Source: an uncultured Acidobacteriota bacterium
GTDB taxonomy: Bacteria > Acidobacteriota > Thermoanaerobaculia > Multivoradales > JAHEKO01
Assembly: GCA_963713825.1 (NCBI GenBank)
Contig: CAVQNG010000025.1
Coordinates: 864,001 to 928,000, forward strand
Direction: 5' to 3'
Length of the DNA: 64,000 nucleotides
This document shows, piece after piece, positions 59,101-64,000 of the stretch; positions within the stretch are counted from its first letter, which is position 1; every line of letters begins with the position of its first letter. The position numbers and the translations under genes are program-made. The notes under the pieces were generated by a model. That model was not told the DNA's origin. It did no database searches and saw nothing but the letters and a program-made list of their open reading frames with translations.

Positions 59101-61172
59101 CCTGGGAGGTCGGCACGGCTACGATGAAGCTGGGGCTTGGGCCCCACTCGGAGGCGGAGTCTGCGGCTTCACCAAGGCCCTCAAGAGGGAAAGGCCAGCG
59201 TCGCTCATCAAGGTCGTCGACTTCGAGCCCTCACGGGCGACCGCGGCTCCGGCCGATCGGCTCATCGAGGAGACTCTGCGGGATCCCGGCTCGGTCGAAG
59301 TGGGTTACTTCGGAGCCGAGCGATGGGGAGTCGGTCTGCGGGAGGAGGCCCTGGAAGAAGCCGCCGAACCTGTCGAGATGGGCGCTGAAAGTGTCTTTGT
59401 TGTCACCGGAGCCGCTGGCAGCATCGTTTCGGCGATCGTGGCGGATCTGGCGCAAGGCTCGCAAGGCATCTTTCATTTGCTGGATCTCGCACCGCCTCCC
59501 GACCCTGAAGAAGAAGACCTGCAGCGATTTCGTTCGGACCCCGAGTCTCTGAGGATGGAGCTCTTCGAGCGCATGAAGGCCGAAGGGGAACGGGCCACCC
59601 CAGCCAAGGTGGAGCGCCAGCTCTCCGTCCTCGAGCGGTCTCGATCGGCTCTGGAAGCCATAGAGTCCGTGGAGGCTGTCGGTGGGCAGGCGCACTACCA
59701 CTCGGTTGACCTGCTCGACGCCGAGGCGGTGACTCGAGTTATCGACGAGGTGCGCGAGCGCCATGGCAGGATCGACTTCCTCATCCACGCCGCCGGCCTC
59801 GAGATCAGCCATGCCCTGAGCGACAAGAGTGCCGAGGAGTTCGACCTCGTTTTCGACGTCAAGAGCCAGGGTTGGTTCCATCTTCTCGAAGCGGCAGCAG
59901 AGATGCCCCTGGGCGCGACGGTTGTGTTCAGCTCCATCGCGGGGCGTTTCGGCAACGCGGGTCAAACGGACTACAGTGCGGCCAACGATTTGCTCTGCAA
60001 ACTCACCTCGAATCTGCGTAGGAGTCGCCCCCAGACGCGCGGTGTGGCGATCGACTGGACCGCCTGGGCTGGAATCGGAATGGCCAGTCGCGGATCGATC
60101 CCGAAAATGATGGAACTGGCCGGGATCGGAATGTTGTCGCCCGAGTCGGCCCTGCCGATCGTCCGGCAGGAGCTCACAGCCGGAACCCGGGGCGAGGTGG
60201 TGATTGCCGAGTCCCTGGGTTTATTGCTGGAGGACTGGGATCCGGAGGGCGGGTTGGACTCCGAAGCCATTCGGTCAAGGCAGCGGGGACCGATGATCGC
60301 CGGCTTCGAATCACGGCAGACGCCACGGGGTCTGGTGGCCGAAGGACTGTTGAGCCCCACTGAGCAGCCGTTCCTCGACGACCATCGGATCGAAGGAACA
60401 GCGGTCTTGCCAGGAGTCATGGGAATCGAGGCCTTTGCCGAGGTCGCCGGTCTTCTGGTGCCTGATCGGCAGGTCACGAGACTCGAGGAGGTGGAGTTCC
60501 TGTCGCCCTTCAAGTTCTATCGGGATGAGCCCCGGGCTGTGGAGGTGTCGGCCTTTCTGGGTCTGGAAGGGGAGGAGGTCGTTGCCGCTTGTCGATTGCT
60601 GGGCCGGCGGCAATTGGCCCTGCAAGCGGAGGAACAGGAAACCGTGCACTTCGTCGGTCGAGCCTGGATGGGAGATCCGTCCCCTGCTGCTGCTTCTATC
60701 CAAGCTCCAGCAGCTCCCCAGGAAGCTCTGCGCGGGTGCGGACATCTATCGCGTCTATTTCCACGGTCCGGCCTACCAGGTACTCGACCTCGCATGGCGA
60801 CAAGAGTCGAGTCTGATCGGCAGGTTGTCAGAAGAGCTTCCTCCGAATCACCTTCCGAAGGAGCGAGCCCTGCAAATGGCTCCGCGCCTCATCGAGCTCT
60901 GTTTTCAGACAGCCGGACTCTGGGAGATTTCACAGAGTGGCAGGCTGGGCCTTCCCTGGAAGGTGGCGTCGGTCAGCGTTCATCGACCCGAAGACGCCGC
61001 TCGGGGTCGCATCTTGGCGGTCGTGCAGCCGGCCTCCGACGGTGGTTTCGATGCCCAGGTCATCGACGAGGCAGGCAATCTACTGGTGGATCTGTCGGGC
61101 TACAGGACCGTCGAGTCTGCAACGGAGGTCGAGCCTGAAGCACTGGCCAAGCTGCGCAGCTTCCTGGGCTAG
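53117..61172 (+). CDS. Type I (PfaA-like iterative) PKS, KS-AT-KS-ACP-ACP-KR-DH; +1 frameshift at about 60735
   Basis: KS1 DAACAS/HGTST/NIGH; AT GQGSQ/GHSLG/HAFH; KS2 NAACAS/SHET/TGHP; two ACPs LGIDTV; KR TGAAGSI/YSAAN; DH HRIEGTAVLPG. The DH second half (YFHGPAYQ, LIELCFQ) continues in the 60435..61172 frame. Confidence 0.92.
58032..58590 (+). repeat. Two near-identical ~235 bp direct repeats (period 321 bp) encoding the tandem ACPs
   Basis: About 58032-58270 and 58353-58590 share long identical DNA runs, e.g. GCGGCGACGACTGGCTATCCGGAAGAGATGTTGGA...TTCGACCGACGGCC. Confidence 0.92.
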
Positions 61173-61190
61173 TTCTTAGAGACGGTCGAG

Positions 61191-61976
61191 ATGAATCCGA
61201 GAGAGGGAGCCCATCACCAGAGGTCGAGTCCTGGCCCCTGGTGGCTGGCGAAGGGTCTCGAAGAGCTTCCCACCAACCTGGATTGGCTGAGCTCGGAAGA
61301 GCACCGACATCTGGCGAGACTCGGGGTCGAGAAGCGGCGCCACGACTGGCTGCTTGGACGCTGGACTGCCAAATCGGCACTCCTGCAAAGCCCTTACTTT
61401 CCGGGCTCCGGCACGGCTCCTGAGGAATTGACCGTCTGGCAGGCCGCAGACGGGGCTCCGGAAGCTCTGTTCCGAGGGCGAGCTCTACCGCTGACTCTCT
61501 CTATCAGCCATCGAAGTGGTCGAGGATTGTGTGTTCTGGCCCCCGAGGCGCTGCTTGTCGGCTGTGACCTCGAGACAGTCGAGGCCCGAAGCCCTGCCTT
61601 CTTGCAGGACTACTTCACGTCCGATGAGCAGGCTGCTCTGCGGGCGGCTCCTGCCAACGGCAGAGATCGAATCGCGACACTGTTCTGGGGGGCGAAGGAG
61701 AGCGCCCTGAAGGCACTGAGGCTAGGGCTGAGAGCCGATACCCGACGGATCCGGGTCGAATTGCCTGCCGAGTCGGGGGCAGACGAGAAATGGTGCAACC
61801 TGGTCGTGCGGGATAGGGAGTCCGATCGGGGGTTCGGAGGGTGGTTTCGGATGCTGGAAGGGCTGACCTTGGTGGTGGTTTCCTCGCCTCCTTCCGAGGC
61901 TCCTGTGTCTCTGGTAGGAAATTCCAGATCTGGCAGCTGGTCAGAGGGCAGGGGGGGAAAAGGTGGCGACCTCTGA
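61191..61976 (+). CDS. Sfp-type 4'-phosphopantetheinyl transferase
   Basis: WLLGRWTAK, DGAP, LSISH, VGCDLE, FWGAKESALKAL; starts 18 nt after the PKS stop. Confidence 0.92.
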   Translation: MNPREGAHHQRSSPGPWWLAKGLEELPTNLDWLSSEEHRHLARLGVEKRRHDWLLGRWTAKSALLQSPYFPGSGTAPEELTVWQAADGAPEALFRGRALPLTLSISHRSGRGLCVLAPEALLVGCDLETVEARSPAFLQDYFTSDEQAALRAAPANGRDRIATLFWGAKESALKALRLGLRADTRRIRVELPAESGADEKWCNLVVRDRESDRGFGGWFRMLEGLTLVVVSSPPSEAPVSLVGNSRSGSWSEGRGGKGGDL

Positions 61977-62061
61977 GCGGGAGGTCGTCACCTGGCGGGT
62001 TAGGGTTTGAGGATGTCTAGGCGGGTTCCTATGAGGGTTGCTCGGTAGGCTTCCATACGCC
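61955..62061 (-). ncRNA. Candidate sigma54-dependent small RNA (or 18-codon micropeptide transcript)
   Basis: Bounded by a consensus sigma54 promoter and a terminator hairpin, with no normal gene between them; four AACCC motifs. Confidence 0.45.
61958..61993. terminator. Probable bidirectional intrinsic terminator
   Basis: 13-bp stem AGGTGGCGACCTC / GAGGTCGTCACCT (one G-U on the + strand) with a 7-nt loop; the minus strand continues into a short U run. Confidence 0.65.
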
Positions 62062-62070
62062 TAGAAAGTA

Positions 62071-62087
62071 AAGCAAATCCCGTGCCA
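62071..62087 (-). promoter_or_regulatory. Sigma54 (-24/-12) promoter
   Basis: The minus strand reads TGGCAC-GGGAT-TTGCT, a full match to TGGCAC-N5-TTGCW, in an intergenic region. Confidence 0.78.
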
Positions 62088-62283
62088 ACCAAATCGTAGT
62101 TCGCGGTCATCGACTCGGAGGCCTCAGAGGCCCAACCCGGCCGAGGTCCTGTCCAAATCACTCGATTCAGGGGCTTGCACCAATACCAGGAAACCAGGGC
62201 GTCCTCATCAGGTTACAAGAAGGCGTTGTGACGTCCAGTCCCGGCCAAGTTCGGGCGCGCTCATCCCGACCTGCTGCCGAGGT

Positions 62284-62697
62284 TCAGACTCCCAGCGCCC
62301 GAGCGGCTTCCTCGAAGTCTTCACTGCGGACATAGATCACGTAACCGTAGCCGCCCTGTCCGTCGGCGACGCCGGTCGAGGCATAGACGTTGACATCGGC
62401 GTCGAAGAGGGCACGGTGGGACTCTGCCAGTGCCCCGAGCTCATCGTCGCCCTGAATCAGCAGGGCATGTTGCGGTCCGGTGAGGACCAGTCCTGCTGCA
62501 CCCGCGACCCGCATGAGTGCGTCGGCGCTCTTTGGGAAGAGCATCAACTGCGTGTGCTCGGGCCCAGCTGGGATGGCGCTGAAGGCGAGGAGGCTGACGC
62601 CCGAGCTGGCCAGCTGGGACAGCAGGCGGTAGGCCTCGCCAGGTCGGTCGGTGACGGTGGCGTGAAAGTAGTCGACGCGCTGGATGTTGGTGGCCAT
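62284..62697 (-). CDS. ACT-domain-like protein (tandem ACT)
   Basis: VTDRPGEAYRLLSQLASSGVSL and GDDELGALAE...LFDADVNV; AAGGGGG RBS before ATG 62697. Confidence 0.78.
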   Translation of the reverse strand: MATNIQRVDYFHATVTDRPGEAYRLLSQLASSGVSLLAFSAIPAGPEHTQLMLFPKSADALMRVAGAAGLVLTGPQHALLIQGDDELGALAESHRALFDADVNVYASTGVADGQGGYGYVIYVRSEDFEEAARALGV

Positions 62698-62885
62698 GCT
62701 TTCCCCCTTCTTGTCGGGTCGTCGATCTCGAGTCGGGCCGCACTGGACCCGAATCGAGTCGAACTTCTTGTCCTTAACCCCCGAGATCACCATCGAAGCC
62801 CGGGGGAAGATGGCAACGATCCCGTCAATCTGTGCCGGCAGTCTGCCCGCCTGGCTAGGAGATCTCGGCCGTCATTCAGACGCTC

Positions 62886-63122
62886 CTAGCCGAGATTGGG
62901 GGCCTCGTCTTCGGCGTCCGCCAGGTCGTTGGGAACGCCCAGGCGAGCGCAGGCAGCTGCGTACATCTGCAGTGTAGCTTTTTTGGCCTTCTGAAGCTCG
63001 GTCAGCCGGTCCTTCACCTTGGCAAGCTCAGCGGCGATCTGCTGATCCAGCTCATCGACTTCCTGCTTGGTGATTTCCAGAGACTGCTCGTAGAACTTAC
63101 GGTTGTCGTCGCTCAGGGTCAT
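62886..63122 (-). CDS. Small coiled-coil hypothetical protein
   Basis: GGAGG RBS; 78 aa with heptad pattern and host-like codon usage. Confidence 0.75.
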   Translation of the reverse strand: MTLSDDNRKFYEQSLEITKQEVDELDQQIAAELAKVKDRLTELQKAKKATLQMYAAACARLGVPNDLADAEDEAPNLG

Positions 63123-63239
63123 GGTTTCCTCCAGTCCGCTCCGGGCTGCAGTGGTCGCGAGACGCCGGCAGCCACCGGTGCTCGATCGAACTCAGTCCAC
63201 GGAAGATTCAAATCGATTCTGCCTTTCATCGTTATGCCA

Positions 63240-64000
63240 TCAGGGCTGAAACTGTACCGCCAACTCATGCCACATCTTCACCGGAACACCGTCCTTGGTG
63301 GCGGCCCTGAAGGTCGCCCTACGGGCCGCTTCCAGGGTCTCCTCGTCGAGGCCGACCTTCTGTCTCAGGCCTTCCACCAACCTGGCCTCCAGGACCTGGC
63401 CGTTCTCATCGACCAGTACCGCGATTCGAACCGTGCCCGTCGCTCCGACTCGCCGGGCCACTTCTGAGTAGGCCGGTGGCCGGAACGACTGCACCAGGGG
63501 TCCGATGACTCCCGGTCCCTGCTCGACCAGATCTCCCGGCTGCGTCGCTGTCGCCTCTTCGGCTGGCGGCGCACTCGGCAGATCTGGCTCTGGCTCGGTT
63601 GCCTCCGGTTCAGTTGATGAATCCGGGCTTTCTGGCGGCTCGCCTCCCTCGGCTGTCAAGGGCGGGCTGGTCTCGAGTCCGGCGCTCTCCGAGTCCAATG
63701 AGATGGGCTCTTCGGCATCTCGATCTGCACCAAGCGAGGTGGAATTGGCGAGCTCGTCCTGGCCGAAAGGCGCGGACTCGGCTTCCTGAATGGTCGCGTC
63801 CCCGTTGTCGGTAGTCAGGTCCTGGCTTGTCGCTGCAGGCTCGGTCGAGTCGGGGATGAGCTCTGCGGAGGCCCTGGCGTCCAGCTCACCATCGGCGGCA
63901 AACTCCGGCGTCGAGATCAGCTCTTGAACCCTCTGGAGGTCCTCTTCGACTCGCCTCTCCAACTCGGGATCCGCGGTGCCCGCCTGAGTCTCTCGAGGTG
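63240..64000 (-). CDS. TonB C-terminal domain protein; 5' end lies beyond the window
   Basis: Acidic Pro-rich linker, then PAYSEVARR..GTVRIAVLVDENGQV...LDEETLEAAR...DGVPVK; the frame stays open to the window edge. Confidence 0.88.
   Translation of the reverse strand, partial: PRETQAGTADPELERRVEEDLQRVQELISTPEFAADGELDARASAELIPDSTEPAATSQDLTTDNGDATIQEAESAPFGQDELANSTSLGADRDAEEPISLDSESAGLETSPPLTAEGGEPPESPDSSTEPEATEPEPDLPSAPPAEEATATQPGDLVEQGPGVIGPLVQSFRPPAYSEVARRVGATGTVRIAVLVDENGQVLEARLVEGLRQKVGLDEETLEAARRATFRAATKDGVPVKMWHELAVQFQP

Noticed and set aside
60435-61172. Separate 245 aa gene, or programmed ribosomal frameshift
   Set aside because: Its N-terminal ~100 aa are non-homologous and the rest is the PKS DH half. 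There is no slippery heptamer at the junction, so a single-base indel explains it.
1-64000. tRNA, rRNA, CRISPR arrays, IS elements
   Set aside because: None recognised by eye. Intergenic gaps are short, but a tRNAscan/Infernal run would be needed to exclude small RNAs.

Overview
GC-rich, gene-dense bacterial chromosomal segment. The protein repertoire (C-terminal IFADGFESG motif, CRTAC1, VPS10, PEGA kinase, TonB) suggests an Acidobacteriota-like organism; this is an inference. Left to right: a truncated threonine dehydratase, a secreted pentaheme cytochrome c, pgm, a CRTAC1 protein, and a ~16 kb operon behind a sigma54-type promoter that joins a GldAFG-like ABC system to a TlpA-BatD fusion, MoxR, DUF58 and BatA-E. 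Next come a Ser/Thr kinase with a TPR-PDZ partner, an esterase, ArsS, RsbW/RsbV, a VPS10 protein and DUF711. A small accessory patch encodes a secreted 12-Cys mini-domain fused through an intact Asp-Pro bond to a FrpC-type self-processing module, beside an orphan tail-collar protein. Then follow an ECF sigma cassette, a GGDEF-EAL protein, AlkD, a penicillin acylase, an HD hydrolase and cysteine synthase. The standout is an acyl-CoA dehydrogenase / type I PKS (KS-AT-KS-ACP-ACP-KR-DH) / PPTase cluster. Both ACPs carry threonine (GIDTV) where the phosphopantetheine serine should be and contain no serine at all. A near-consensus sigma54 promoter just downstream appears to drive a ~100 nt unannotated RNA. 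No rRNA, tRNA, CRISPR array or transposase was recognised. All calls come from reading motifs by eye; no database searches were run.
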